Positions 52,683 to 64,000 of a stretch of 64,000 bases of DNA are shown here, piece by piece. This DNA comes from Octopus sinensis (lineage: Eukaryota): assembly GCF_006345805.1 (NCBI RefSeq), contig NW_021835998.1:1-64000 (forward strand), given 5' to 3'. The notes under the pieces are model-generated. The model did no database searches. It had not been told where the DNA came from and saw only the letters and a list, made by a program, of their open reading frames with translations. The translations under genes and the position numbers were made by a program. Each line of letters starts with the position of its first letter. Positions within the stretch are counted from its first letter, which is position 1.

Positions 52683-54007
52683 CATACCATTTTATTATTA
52701 AGATTTGAACATAACAGAGTGTAGTGACTTGGACTTTATTTTGTTTAGTAAATATTTTTTCTGAATGTCCTTGAGAAAATTAATATCTATGCTTTCTGTG
52801 TCAGCAATAGCGTATTTAGAGGTAAGAAATCCTGCGATTGTAGCCAAATGCCATTTCTTTGTTTTAATAACTCGCAGAATCCCCGACCTTCGCAAACACA
52901 CAGCCGACTGTCTTTCCAAGCTTTTAAGGAATTGCATGAGTATTAATTCGCTCTTGAACGAGATGGAGGCAAGTCCTCTTCCAAACGTTTTGCGGTCTAA
53001 ATACAGCCTTTCTTTATTTGCAGGCTGGAAATGTAACTTGAGTGTCATGAGCAGTCGACGTATTTGTTTATCAATGTCATCAAATTCATATGGCTCAATA
53101 TTCATTAGCCCAATTATATAGGGACAATGCATATTCATTTATGGCATAGAATAAATTCACCGAATTCAATTTTGTTTTTGACAACATAGTTATTCTTTTT
53201 TTTACATTCTCCACTATTGAATTCATAACTTTATTCTTGAGGACATTACTTCCTCCAACTTCAAATACGCCCAAATAGCGATATCCATTGATTCCTTCCA
53301 AAGTCTCACAGCATGATAAAGATTTGACATTAGAGGCCGATTTTTCAGAGTTCATCTCCAGGCCAACAATGTCAAAAAATTCTTTAACAGTATCGTCGTG
53401 TAATAAAGGTAAATATTGTAATATTATCGTCGTCAGATCTTTGAAGTTGTTGTTTATTAAATAAACATTCCTTCTTTCTTTTAATAAGCAAAGAATATCC
53501 GTCTAAGGAAGTGGATACTTGAATAAAATTTGGCAGGTTTGTAGCATAGTAAGAAACAGCTTTGACCCAGCTTCCTCACCTCGTAACTATTGGTTCTGGG
53601 GATAGCCAATTTCTTTAAACAATTGAGTTCAATAACTGTTCTTAATAACAAGTGCTTTGACATAAGCAATCAATTTGTTGACTTAGGGATAATGTACTTT
53701 TATTTTGGTTTTCCAGGTGCAACACACATCGACATATACGCACATTGAATTAAATAAGAAACGAAATTGCTCTAATCGAACTAGGAACCACTTCCCATGA
53801 CTGCCTGAAGCAGGATATTAGGATAATAAAAATAGGATATATTGACTATCAATATAAAAAAATTAATGACAAAAATCTACATTTTCTGGTCTCTTCACAT
53901 TAAAAAAATATTCAAGGGCGTAAAATTAATAAACTTTATATTTTAACAACTTTCAATTAAAAATACTTGATAACCTGTGCAAATTTGGAACTTTATCTTC
54001 GGAAATT

Positions 54008-54777
54008 TTTTTTTTTTTTTCAATTAAAAGAAAAGAAAATGGAACAGGAAGTCAGCTACTAGCCGCAGAGAGAATAGAGAAACTGTTCCCCCTGAGTACG
54101 GCTATTGAGACGCGCTCAAAAAGCCGATTGACCTCGCGGGGGTCGTTTCTAATCCTCCCGAGGTGACGGCTTCTCTCGGTGAGAAAACGTAGCGTGGCTG
54201 GGCCGAATGTGCCTGATGTTTCGACTGAAACAGGCACAAAGAGGAATCTGTCGGCGAGCGAGGCGTACTTGTCTTTCTTCCGGGTCTCTGCCCTCCTCGC
54301 CGCTGTGCCAGCTTCGATCGCGGACGCGAGAAGGCATGTTGACGCAAAAGTGTCAGAGCATGTCGCGTCCCAGACGATCGCTTTGCCGCACTTGAACGGG
54401 AAGAGCGAGACGCCGTCCGGCCTCTTGCCATCGCCCCTGTTAAGGCCAGAGGGCTCCAGCTGGCACGGGATGCCGGTTGCCTCGAGCAGACGCTTTATTA
54501 TGGAATTAAGCTGTCCGTGCCTGGGGAACCTCCCAGGGCATTTGCGGCAGGAGAGCGGGTGTAGACCTTTGCGGTCTATATGAGCCCCGCAACGGCATTG
54601 GTGAGGCTGGCAAATGTCCAAGCCGAGTCGGAGAGATATTCCGATTCTTAAACAGTCTGGGTCCAGGAAGGTTCCAGCTGCAGGGGAAGGATAGGCGTTG
54701 ATCCAGGCGCCAGTCCGTGGAGATGCTCCAGACAACAGACAAGCACGCCGGTGTTGGTCTCCGTGAGACAGTAAGTT
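54008..54777 (-). mobile_element. Recent 5'-truncated CRE insertion with poly(A) and TSD
   Basis: 12-bp TSD tcttcggaaatt (53996-54007 and 54778-54789), T-run at the left end, open REL ORF (GRFPRH, KRPDG, WDATCSDT, VETSGTFG). Confidence 0.95.
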
Positions 54778-55355
54778 TCTTCGGAAATTATTATTTAATT
54801 TTATTTGGATAATTATTATTTTCAATTTTTATTTTTCGTTAAGTACACAAATATGAAATTTAAAATAAAATCATTTTTTGGAATGTTTCATTTAATAGAT
54901 TTGTGAAAATCGATTAATACATATTTTATTTGTGGTAACGAAATTAGTGACGGTTTATGCATATGCAATGTGCAAATAAATGATTATAAATATCTCGAAT
55001 TTAGCAATTATAACAAAAAATTACCAATAGATTGTATAATGAATGTTACTGTATATATTTTTGTTGCACAATAAATGAAATAATGCGTCAAGACTATATT
55101 TAAGCACGTATTCGTTGATTAACTAAATGAAAAAAGATCCCAAAAAGTTTCTTATATTTTAATTTTTTGTATTTTTTTAAAAAGTACAAATATGCTTTAA
55201 AAATATTATGAACTAAAAATAATGTTAAAATTTTAAACAAATTAAATGTTTCGTAGCATTAGTTTTTTATTCTTGTGGTTGCTTGTCCTCACAATTTTTT
55301 GTTTAAAAAATATAATTATTTTTTTTGATTTTTGATGATTAAATTAAATATTAGA

Positions 55356-55891
55356 ATGGAGAGCAAAGATCAAACTGACCGTCCAATCCACCCACAACTA
55401 TGTAAGGCACAATGCGGTTTTTATGGTTCTGAAGCCAATCTTGGCTACTGTTCAAAATGCCACAGAGATTTATTTCCTGAACGTGAAAAAGATACAACAT
55501 GTATGACATCACAATAGCTACGTCACTAAAAGAGGTCATACCAGCTACTTCAGTGGTTGAAGAGCCAGTTTGTCCCGTCGTTACTGAATGTGAGAAACTC
55601 GAGGACAAGCCTGTTGAAAACCCTCCTCGTACAAAATTGTTTATTAGTTCTCTCAGAAACCAAAAAACCAAAAAGAAGATGCTTGCTATGTAAAGTTAAG
55701 TTGTCGATTACTGGTGAGTGTAATTAACGAGATATGTTGCAGCTTTTAGTTGCCGGTGCGGAGGATTTTACTGTGATTATCATCGATTCAGTGACCGACA
55801 TGATTGTACCTTTGATTACCGCGCAATGGCCTCGGAGGAAATCCGTAAAAACAACCCCGTTGTTAAGGGGGACAAATTTAAAAGATTGTGA
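55356..55891 (+). CDS. ZFAND5: A20/AN1 zinc-finger protein (ZFAND5/6 family)
   Basis: A20: LCKAQCGFYG...YCSKC; AN1 after splicing: RCLLCKVKL...FSCRCGGFYCDYHRFSDRHDCTFDY...KNNPVV; paralog 5 vs 6 not resolvable. Confidence 0.93.
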
Positions 55892-57043
55892 CTCTCATGA
55901 AACTTGTTTGTTTTATCTTATATTCTTTTATTGACCTTCTTTTTTATCGTTTAGTTGTGCAAATGGATGTTTTATCTTTGTTTTGGTTAAGCTTAATCTT
56001 GATAAAATATGATTCATTCTTTAAATGTTAACTCTCTTAAATGATTTTTTAATAAAAAATGTGTAATTGGAACTGTGGGTGAAGTGCACAGATGTTATGA
56101 AGTTCAACCTGGCTCATTTGAGATAAAAATTCTTATATAAATGAAGAATTATTTGACACGTTTTACCAACTTGAGTTAGACCAGATATTTTGAAGTGACG
56201 GTGGATATCTGGTCAATATTGAAGTTTCTTCATTGAGTCGATTATTTGTATTGGGTTTAAATGATATTTGAATAGTTTTTAGAATTCAATATTTTTAAGC
56301 TTAAAATTTGATATTTCCTGATTATCTGGATAAAAAGATTATTGTTACAAAATTGTTCATAATCTTTGAATACCCTAAATATTATTTGGACAAAAATGTT
56401 TGAAGTTCAATTTGTAAATAAAACTAGAAGTAATCCAAAAAAGATGAGGTATTCGTTCTTAGTTCGATTCTGTTAGTTTTAGACGTTCTATACATGGAAA
56501 TCAAAAAGCTACTTAAATAAATAAACAAAATAAATGTGGAAAGGATCGATGAAACTTTCTATATCAAATTTTTGTTTAAAAGCTTTTGCTAGACAATCGT
56601 TCTATACAACTAAGTAACGAAGAATATTTTTAAAATCTGCTATTTCATTTTTATTGTAGTGTGGCTGGTTAAACGCTAGAAAACTGACATCCCATCCGGA
56701 GATTCATTTTATCTAAAGTCCGTATGTGATGAGATCTTCATGATGACGTTACTCGTCAAACCCGATTGGAGCTTTCAGCGGAGGCAGCTGTTGGAGTTGA
56801 ACCCGAGATCTGTCAGATGTCTTCAATACTTTAATTATCAATTAATTCTGTTTCAAAAAGTTTGGATTGTTTAGATACTACCATTTTGCGATACATTCCA
56901 GAAATGACCAAAAAAACCCCATAGAAGTTTTGTCAATAACTCAGAATTTCTAAAAAATAGACAAATAGATAAAAATTAAGTAATATTAAAATGAATTATT
57001 TTTAATTCAAATATTTAATTTTGTTGTGCTGTTTATTTTACGG

Positions 57044-58790
57044 ATGTCTTTGCGTGAAGCTGATCTGGATTCATTAAAGAATAACCAAATGCAATCAAAA
57101 TTTGAAAATTTTTTAGAAGAGGTTAATTTTTTAATTAATATTAGAATGAGTTTACATTCAACTTCAACTATCAAACTCAAAAAGAATTTAATGTAAACTT
57201 TGAAAACTTATTTCAAGAACATCTTTGAATTCCTCACATGCTTGCTAAATTCACCCGAAAGAACCCAACTCCACGGGATAATCACATCTGTGCTTACATG
57301 TCTCATCAGAGATCCAATGAGCTCCCATCCTTTAGAGAATACAACCTTAATAGACAGATTGATGTGTGAAAATGAATCAATCTCAAAAAGTACTACATAC
57401 CTTATTTATTTAGTATCAAAACTGAAATGTCTGTATAATTCCTGCCTTCGATCATCCAAGGTGATGAAATCTTTGATGTATAAATAAATATTATTTTTAA
57501 TAGAGAAAATGTTGATTTTATTGACAAAATCATTAAAATTACAGTGGAATCCCAAAATGAAAAGGTTTTTGATATTTTTATGTGTATTTTCTGTCTTCTT
57601 TATTTATTGTGAGTTGTAGTGGATTGCTTTGAAGTTGCTGAGCTATTTGAGTTGCCTGTCGTCATTCCCGCTTAGTAAACTGGGGAATATTTTGCCAAAT
57701 ATTGTTGATTCCTGCAAAAAATCTTCGCAGAATTCAGAAGACGAGTTTATTGACTCACTAAAACTTTTATATAACTCAACACTGTGCAATAATGTGGTAC
57801 TTTTTAGTTTAAAGGCTAATTTATTAGTGTGAGTCAATCTTGTGTTCAGTTGTCGACTTTATTCGCACTATTTTGTCCACGCATAATGTTTCGGATGACG
57901 TAGTTCAATGTTGTGTCAATATATTGACAAATATGCCAATGGGGACTGTTATATCAGAACATCTGGTGGAAGACGCCTCTGACATGAGTAGTAATGTTTA
58001 CTGTGGTAAGGATATGGTACCTTGTTGTGTCCTCATTGGCTTGTTGTCGACCAAACTAGATTCGGTTTACGTCAATGATTTGGTTTGTTATTTGTGTAAT
58101 GTGACAGAAAGTTGCATTTTCTGAAGTATTTTTGCCAATTCTACAATGTGTTACTATAGTCTGCAGATCTGGGCGTGGTTTGAGACAGTTCTGTCGAATG
58201 AAGGTGATTTGTACTCGAATAATGATAGATACTCCCTTATTTAAGGGACGAGGTGCTTGTCCTCCCCCAGACAGGCACTTCTCTAAGAAATAGGCTGTGT
58301 AAGCTAATGCAATGTCCTGATCCCCTCGTGGCACAAGCGTGTGCTCTCTTCATGTTCGTGTTGTGCAACTACTCTGGTATTGAAAGCTGTATAATGTTTG
58401 TAGTTGATAGACTTGTCAAATATAGTGGATATGGCAATGCAGCAGGACTAGTTAGTTCTAGTCTTATTGAACATGTGAGTAAAGACAAGAATGAATCTGA
58501 ATCAGCTTCCGATGTCTCCGAAACTGAGGAATATCGAGAACTTTCTGCGGAGTTTGTTTATTGTTGAACATTTAAGTGTCAACTCTGTCACCGGACGTTA
58601 TGAGCCGTTCACTCCAAATGTCATGTGTGATGAAGAAAAGGAGTACCAGGCCGAACAACTTATAACATTGATGGACAAATTGGATCGTCTTGGGGTTATT
58701 AAACCAATGAGGATGGATGAAAATAATCAACCCCAACCAGTTGAGCATGTTCTACAGTTGTTGGAACATAAATCGGATATTAATAAATAA
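57044..58790 (+). CDS. RIC8: Ric-8/synembryn G-alpha chaperone and GEF, multi-exon
   Basis: SLRNRLCKLM, KYSGYGNAAGL, VNSVTG, EKEYQAEQLITLMDKL; start codon approximate. Confidence 0.88.
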
Positions 58791-58826
58791 TTGTAAATAT
58801 TTTGAGCTTTTTAGATTAGTCTTGAT

Positions 58827-60050
58827 CAGGGGTGTCAAACATGCCGCCCTCTGCATGTATAGGTGCAGCCCCCGAGCCTTTAAAATATAAAATAATTTTA
58901 ATTATTTTTTTAATTTTTTCAAACTGGTACCAATGCACGATACTACTAAAAGTAAAGATGTCTTTGTAAAACTACAACAAATTCTTTTTGACAATGGATT
59001 TGATTTAAGGAAGTTTGTATGTTTGTGCACCGATGGTCCTCCTAATATAACTGGACGACATGCTGGAGTTGCTGCTAAATTGCTAGTTGAAAAAGAAAGT
59101 TAAATTCTAACTCGTTATTTGCACATTTCATTGTATTATTCATCAGCAAAATTCGTGTTCTAACATTTAAAAAATACTATTAATCTGTTCACAGAAACAA
59201 TAAACTATATTAGACGTAATTCACTCAACCACCGCCAATTCAGCAAACTGTCTGTAGATATGGATAATCCGTTCACGACCTTCCTTTTTATTCTCTAGTA
59301 AGTTGGTTATCGATTCATAAAAATAGTAAATAACTTTATTTTTTGGAAATGAAAGGTCAAAACACAGAAGAGATGAAAAGTAAATCTTGGATCCAAGATT
59401 TGGCCTTTAGGTTGATATCACCACACAATTAAACGACCTTAATTTGGAATTGCAGGGCAAAAACAAGCTAATTATCAGATGATATCAAGTGTTTTATTTT
59501 GAAAATAAAATTATGCAAGTTTCGGCTACTTAAATGAAGATTTTGCTCATTTTTCTACTTTTAAAGAGGTCAAAAATAGTGCTGGCGCACATACTGTAAT
59601 GAATTTTTTACAAGTATGAAAGAAAACTGGATTTGTTGTTAAAGGAATCTCAGAAAAGATTCAATTATTTTTTGTCTTTTGAACAGAAATTTTCATTATT
59701 CACAGCAGCATTTGCGTTCGATGCTTTTAATATAGATAAAAGTTTACAAATGGAATTGTTAGAGATCCAATCGGATTCTATACTAAAGGCTAAATATTTG
59801 AAGGCTGCAATACCTGCTTTCTTTACCATCTTCTTGAAAAGTTTAGAAACTTTATAAATTTTGCTGCCAAAATAATTGCTATGTTTAGTTCGACATATGT
59901 GTGAACAACTTTTTTCAATTATGAAATTAACAAAAATCGTTTATAGAACACGACTTACAGATGAAAATTCTTCGGCTTTAATTAAAGTCGGAACTACACT
60001 AATAATTGAGCCCGAGTTATCAAAGATGTCAATCATCCGGAAGTAGGTGT
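58827..60050 (+). mobile_element. hAT transposon (GTF2IRD2/SPIN-like transposase), decayed
   Basis: Left end caggggtgtcaaac; CTDGPP, HCIIHQQ, MFSSTY, EQLFSIMK...RTRLTDE. Confidence 0.85.
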
Positions 60051-60399
60051 AAGCACGATTAAAAGATAGTATTTATAAAAAACAGGGAGAATGGTGGTTT
60101 TCCAGTGGAGATGGTCGGAAGGAGTGAATAACATGCATCCGGTAATTGTTCGGAGAGCACCATTTTGAATCCTTTGGAGTTTTTGAATGTTGCTGGATGA
60201 AAGAGAGGAGCCCCAAGCGAAGCTAGCGTAGTTAAGGGAGGTCCTGACATATTTTTTTATAGATTATTCTTAGCGTTTCTTTGTCTTGACCGAAGGAGGA
60301 TCCGGCCACTGCACGGAGGGCATTCCTCTTTTTTTTACTTTTTTGATTATGTGGTCAACATGAGAGGAGAAGGTAAGACATTGGTCGTTGGTCACTCTC

Positions 60400-63124
60400 A
60401 GGATTTTCGGAGTTTTTCAGATGGGGAGGCGTTCTCCAAAGATTTTCAACTCTGGATGCTGGTCTAGTTGGCGACGGTCACTGGTGAACAACGTAACACT
60501 GGACTTGAAGGGAGAGGGTGAGAGGTGGTTGGTTACAAGCCAAGACTCCAATAAATCCAGATGAGTTTGTAGGCGTGTGGAAGCAGTTGAAATCTTCTTG
60601 TCCCGAGCCGCCAAGATCAAAACATCAGCATAAGACAGGATCAAAGTGTCTTCCAGCTCAGGTAAACTGCTCAGGCGGAGGTTAAACAAGGCCGGGGAGA
60701 GGGCCGATCCTTGCGGGACTCCATTCGGTAAGTAACGCGCGTGTGACATCCTCGACATGAATAAAGTGCGACTCAGTCTTACCATTTTTGAATTGAGCCA
60801 TTTTTGAATTATTGGAGGAATGCTCGTCGCTGTAATCTTGTCTGAAAGAATATGACGGGAGGTCTTTTCGAAGGGTTTTGGGATGTCGATCGAAGCCAGA
60901 ATTGTGCGAAGTGGTGGTTTGTTGTTGTTAAAATCATCCACAATGAAGTCCGTTAGTTTTGTTAGGTGCCTAGAAGTAGAGTGGGATGGGCGGAAACCAT
61001 GTTGGGATCTAGACAGGTTGATGTGCGGATATATGTGATTCAAAATGAATCTCTCCAAAACTTTCGAAGCGGCACAAAGCAAAGAGATGGGCCGGAAAGA
61101 ACCTGGGTCCCGAGGATCCTTGTTCGGCTTGAGTGTTGGGATTATAGTTGATTGTTTCCATAACATGGAGACATATCCAACGTTCAATGAAGTTTGAAAG
61201 ATGTCCGTGATGGCTCGAAGTTCATTCGCCCCAAGGTTTTTTAGATGATGAATGTATATTCAGTCTGGGCATTTTGCCGGCAAATTCTTAGCATTCAAGA
61301 TTAGAGCACGTATGTCCATCCAGTCTATCTTGATCGGAGAGAAGTTTGGTGACGGAGGGGGATTCAATATATGTACACGATTTGATCTGTCCATGTTGAT
61401 CTGACAGATAGAGCTGTAGTGGGACATAATGTCATCCGCTTGTTCTCGAAATGACTTCGAGCGGAGGCGTTTATTTATCCCAGAGTGGAAGTGTGTAAGG
61501 TCTGTCCGGAAGAAATAGATTTCAATGCGTTCCAAAATTTATTTGGCTCGGTACGATGATCCAGTCTAGATACAAACTCATTCCACCTGGCTCTTTTGTT
61601 TTGTAGAATGTGGTCAGTGATTATCCCGTTAATACTTGATAATCTGGAGCCCGAGTTGGAGTCCCGGACGCCATTCCTCTTTATTGCCAGTCTCTCTTTT
61701 ATGAGGTCAATGATCTCCTTTGTGAAAAGTGGTTTAGCCACGCAGATGAATCCTTTGGGAATGTATTTTCTGTCTGCAGAGATTATGCAATTGTTGAAGT
61801 GTTTTGTTGCGTCATCGATCGATTTAAAATTTAGGACTGAGAAGTTTGAGAGATACTGATCTGTTTCTTGTTGGAATTTCGACCCCAGTCCGCGTTTGTA
61901 GTTGACAAATGTCTTTTTCGTAATAAGACTTTGGAAGTATTTTTTGATCTCCAAAAGTACGGGGTTGTGGTCAGAAGGAAGGTCGTAAGCAACCGACCAG
62001 AATGTCCGAGAGGCAATGCTGGGAAGCAAAAACTGATGTCAGGAAAGGAATTGGCATCTCTAGTTCGCAAGGGAGTACGTGTGTATTGGGGTGAGTCGTT
62101 TAGGGCAACAAGGTGGTCGAGCCCGCGGAGACATACTCCCCCCGTTGATTCAGTTTCCCTTCACAAAACCATAATGGGTTTTTGCATTGAAGTCTCCACA
62201 CAGAATTGTGTTCTTCAATGGTAAAAACCAGGAGAGGTCTGGAATGTAGCCCTTCGAACCACTTGTAGGAGGAGGAATATACAGGTTGACGAGTGTGTAG
62301 GCAACGCTATTGATTGTTATTAGTACTGTGACGAACTCCAAGTGGGCGTCGGGGGGAAATGTGGAACGTATGGAATTGGTAGTGTTAGTGAAAGGAATGT
62401 TGTCACGGATGATGGTGATGAGATCTCCTCCATTCAGTCCGTTAGGGCGGTCCATTCCACCCAATACCATGGCCTGGTCGCCAATGACCTCAATGGTACT
62501 TTCTGTTAAAAAATTTACACTCGTCGATTTCCACTATCGACTCTTCTAAAAATTAAAATATAGTTCGTACGAGATGAGATTTCCTTGGTAATTTAATTAA
62601 TGCCCATATATACGTAAGCATCAAAATTTTCGCTAACGGTAAATGACTTCCTAAAATAAGTTTAAGGATCACTTACTGCAAAACCAGCTGTTCGTTCTTA
62701 TACTTCGAGAAGTATTGCATGGAATACATAACCAAATTGCGTTATCCACGTTTCTTCTTGACTTAGATAAACGACAGCGTCTCTATTTGTGAGAATATAG
62801 GTCTTACTTTACAGTGAACGCATTTCATTGTGTTAGAGATCAACCGCCTCTCTGCGCACCAAATTGCACACTCTTCTATATTATCGCCGAAGAGCCTGTT
62901 GGAGATTACCAGAATTCTATTATCTCATCTTGTTTACAGGAGATCTCATTTATGTTTATTTGTAGAATGGTGAGGCAGTTCGAAGCTCCCGGATTGGGTT
63001 CAATATCGCCGGAGAGGGCAAGTGACTCATGGAAGAGACTGAGCGCCACTTCGAGGACAGCCTGAAGATCCAAGGGATCCAATGGGGAGACTATAAAGGG
63101 TCTTTTAGTCGCAGTGAGAAACAC
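60400..63124 (-). mobile_element. APE-RT LINE (Jockey/I-like) with an N-terminal 2A-like motif, decayed
   Basis: LSGDIEPNPGA then LTILQININ, NLYIPP, ILCGDFNA, SDHNPV, SFRPISLL, QHGFRP, PQGSALSP, SYAD. Confidence 0.88.
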
Positions 63125-63209
63125 AGCGTCTAACTTTCGCCACGTGAAGGTGACATACTGGTTTGTAAAATGTCAAAGCTTTTGTTTTTAATATAAATGT
63201 CTGTTCAAC

Positions 63210-63470
63210 CAGGTGTTCTCAACCGGGGGCGATATTAATATTTCTTCTATAGTGTTTATCCTTAAATTTTATATTCAAAATACCACGCTGTTTTTACATT
63301 CTTGTTTGATATCTAAGATGTCTTCTCGTGCAAATAAGAAAAGTCGTCATTATAAAAGCGAATATTTAAAATATGGGTTTATTCAAAGTACTGAGGATAC
63401 AAAACAGCCTTATTGTCTAATTTGCAAAAGATAATTGCATTGAAATATAATGAAGAATATATTTATAGAG
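63210..63470 (+). mobile_element. Charlie/ZBED5-type hAT left end with a BED-finger start
   Basis: caggtgttctcaacc terminus; RHYKSEYLKYGF...PYCLIC. Confidence 0.75.
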
Positions 63471-63630
63471 TCAGGGAACGTAAGCTTGGCGCTCGTCCCG
63501 TAGCCACTACCAACCAAACCGTTGACAGGTTGGTTGGCAAGGGGGAAAAATTGGTTCTGTTTGTTGCTGATGTGAAATCAGCATCCAATCGTCTCCACGA
63601 GAAGGTGAACCACATGACGATCAAAAAAAC
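63470..63630 (+). mobile_element. Small LINE RT fragment
   Basis: GEKLVLFVADVKSASNRL resembles the RT domain 3 motif FxDxxxAFD. Confidence 0.4.
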
Positions 63631-63639
63631 AACCAATTA

Positions 63640-64000
63640 ATTGATAAATATTTTCTTTAAACGAATAAAATTATTAGAGAAGTTAACTAAATTAGATGAG
63701 TCGCCGAGCGGATGGACAGGCAATTTCCACGTAATATCGCGAACGATATCCGCTGAAAAAGCCAGTTCTTTTAACGCCTGTCGTGACTCCTCCTCTAGAT
63801 GATTAAACCAATCTCTGAGAGGAGTTTGAGGGCTTTGGGTCCAATTATCCCACTGATCTCGAAAGCCGGAGGAATGAAGCAGCATGTATCGGTCAAAGAG
63901 CCATATTTTGCAGTTTTCCTAGATTCGGCATGGGCAGATCCAGGACGAGAAGCGGAGTCAGGGATAATGCACAAAAATTTTTAAATTGGATGTGGACAAA
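63640..64000 (-). mobile_element. CRE-clade 3' fragment
   Basis: Homologous to 44810-45010; GFETSGIIGPKA-type REL end. Confidence 0.7.

Larger units (their letters stand above)
51430..52703 (-). mobile_element. Non-autonomous Helitron-like element carrying an expanded tandem array
   Basis: Minus-strand A|TCTTAATAATAAAA 5' terminus at 52703, microsatellite, unique segment shared with two other copies. Confidence 0.7.
50660..53700 (-). mobile_element. R4-like RT-REL retrotransposon split by a Helitron-like insertion
   Basis: YRYLGV, ANKERLYL...GRGL, CKKSKQTVDHLATQC, RHDEVVKCVH, NKPDIFVYDK, IEVGIT, EKLHKYD. Confidence 0.85.

Noticed and set aside
55501-55517. Apparent 17-nt intron in ZFAND
   Set aside because: An upstream donor giving a 35-nt intron also restores the frame, so the record-short size cannot be claimed
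56170-56830. 10-bp hairpin (56179-56214), two RTGATGA boxes near 56730 and a weak tyrosine-recombinase-like peptide
   Set aside because: No downstream box D, stem too short for a pre-miRNA, recombinase motif spacing wrong
60059-60250. 63-aa ORF with LASLGAPL
   Set aside because: Possibly another CRE scrap, but too degenerate to assign

Overview
AT-rich eukaryotic DNA, most likely a reduced parasitic animal: metazoan-type genes (LRRC57, RIC8, myosin RLC, CKAP5) are broken by very short introns, mostly 24-36 nt. A myxozoan cnidarian or a dicyemid are my best guesses, but the sequence alone cannot settle this. About ten compact host genes are present: LRRC57, HSP90B1, ARPC1, WDR4, a kinectin/RRBP1-like gene, myosin RLC, GALE, CKAP5, ZFAND5/6 and RIC8. 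There is also a cathepsin L pseudogene and a possible C-type lectin remnant. These sit in a dense field of mobile elements: at least 10 CRE-clade RT-REL retrotransposon pieces, at least 6 pieces of an R4-like RT-REL family that resembles microsporidian elements, APE-type LINEs (one with a 2A-like motif), Tigger/pogo, hAT, a Polinton-type integrase fragment, and a non-autonomous Helitron-like family whose ~96-bp internal repeat has expanded to 11 units. The best leads are: an XMAP215/CKAP5 lacking TOG3-TOG4; a covarying structured leader in the R4-like family; an inverted 26-nt 5' junction on a CRE copy; acceptor AGs 0-8 nt before start codons; and an SL-RNA-like layout in the tandem repeat (speculative). 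No database searches or alignments were run. Family assignments come from motif recognition, and element boundaries without TSD/TIR support are approximate.
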